A stretch of DNA of 63,717 nt, the filler included. It is 4 parts of 4 records of this genome, joined end to end, with 100 filler letters (N's around TTAATTAATTAA, not from the genome) between each part and the next. Parts side by side here need not be neighbours in the genome. Positions count along the whole stretch, not along the records: positions 49,821 to 63,717 come from SRR22947725_9042; 3 more parts are not named here. One strand, written 5' to 3'. The notes below the pieces were generated by a model. It saw only the letters and a program-made list of their open reading frames with translations. It ran no database searches and was not told where the DNA came from. Below, piece by piece: positions 62,988-63,717 of this stretch. A program made the position numbers and the translations under genes. Each line of letters opens with the position of its first letter. Position 1 is the first letter of the stretch.

Positions 62988-63704
62988 ATGGACGTCTGGG
63001 CGAGAACGATGATCACTCGTGTCCTGCCAGGGCGGTTGGTGGTCGCCATGACGAGCGCCCGGCGGCGCACAGTCTCGGCACGGGCGTACACGATCCCAAA
63101 GGGAGAGCAGCCGGGCGAAATCTTGGAGTTTTCCCACGAGATTGAGGTGAAAAAGTCGAGGTTCTGCGCCATCGGGTGGCACGTCGACACGGAGGAGGAG
63201 GCGCTGTCGCGGATCCGAGAGGCGCGGGACCCCTCGGCTTCGCACAACTGCTGGGCGATCAGGATATCCGGGAGGACGATACAAAGGTACAACGACGACG
63301 GGGAGCCGGGCGGTACGGGCGGGAAGCCCATTCTATCGGCGCTGGAGACGCTATACTGCGACCACAGCGCCATCATGGTGACCCGGTATTTCGGCGGGAC
63401 TAAGTTGGGCACGGGGGGCCTCATCCGGGCGTACGGTGGCGCGGCCAGGGATCTTCTGAACATGATTGAGTTGGAAGAGATGGTTGCCATGCGTCGTTGT
63501 CGGGTGTTTGTGCCGGCAGAGGCGATTGGCATCGCGTATGGCCAGATCGAGGCGGCCGGGGGTCAGGCGACGGAGCAGGACGAGTTTGACGATTCGCGGG
63601 GCGGGTTTTATGTGTCATTCGATGTTTTCGAGGGGGACGAGGAAGCTGTGCTGGCAAAACTTCGCGACGCCAGCCGCGGGAAGATCTTCGTTGATCGTCG
63701 TTGA
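62988..63704 (+). CDS. IMPACT/YigZ (UPF0029) family protein
   Basis: KKSRF, ASHNCWA, DDGEPGGTGGKP and VTRYFGGTKLGTGGLIRAY motifs. Confidence 0.93.
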   Translation: MDVWARTMITRVLPGRLVVAMTSARRRTVSARAYTIPKGEQPGEILEFSHEIEVKKSRFCAIGWHVDTEEEALSRIREARDPSASHNCWAIRISGRTIQRYNDDGEPGGTGGKPILSALETLYCDHSAIMVTRYFGGTKLGTGGLIRAYGGAARDLLNMIELEEMVAMRRCRVFVPAEAIGIAYGQIEAAGGQATEQDEFDDSRGGFYVSFDVFEGDEEAVLAKLRDASRGKIFVDRR

Positions 63705-63717
63705 TCGTCGTTGATCG
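63689..63717 (+). repeat. 10-bp tandem repeat (CGTTGATCGT) about 3 copies at window end
   Basis: Read directly. Confidence 0.88.

Overview
This window is not one locus. It is four contigs joined by 100-bp artificial spacers (N44-TTAATTAATTAA-N44 at 17061-17160, 26239-26338 and 49721-49820). (1) 1-17060 and (4) 49821-63717 are GC-rich, very gene-dense, intron-poor nuclear DNA of a green alga (Chlorophyta; Trebouxiophyceae/Picochlorum-like by inference). They carry housekeeping genes: DHQ synthase, AzgA permease, ACT-STY kinase, NIPA, APC4, MPP-beta, PEX10, ABCI, Hsp33, XRCC2, mitochondrial ATP synthase beta, VAMP72, CTR copper transporter and IMPACT. (2) 17161-26238 is a very AT-rich, streamlined marine-type alphaproteobacterial contig that starts in tRNA-Arg. 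It looks like a flexible island, with att-like remnants, three unannotated microproteins (two of them paralogous) and a truncated adhesin-like gene. (3) 26339-49720 is a Roseobacter-group (Rhodobacteraceae) contig between tRNA-Leu and tRNA-Val, mostly core genes. The best candidates for something undescribed are: a translationally coupled Fe/2OG dioxygenase + HD-domain diiron pair that resembles PhnY*/PhnZ but lacks the PhnZ phosphonate-binding residues; a SuhB whose catalytic motif is naturally destroyed; a paralogous two-TM microprotein family; a miniaturised PopZ-like protein; and an RBS-occluding hairpin/promoter switch after metF. All assignments come from motif recognition by eye; no searches were run.
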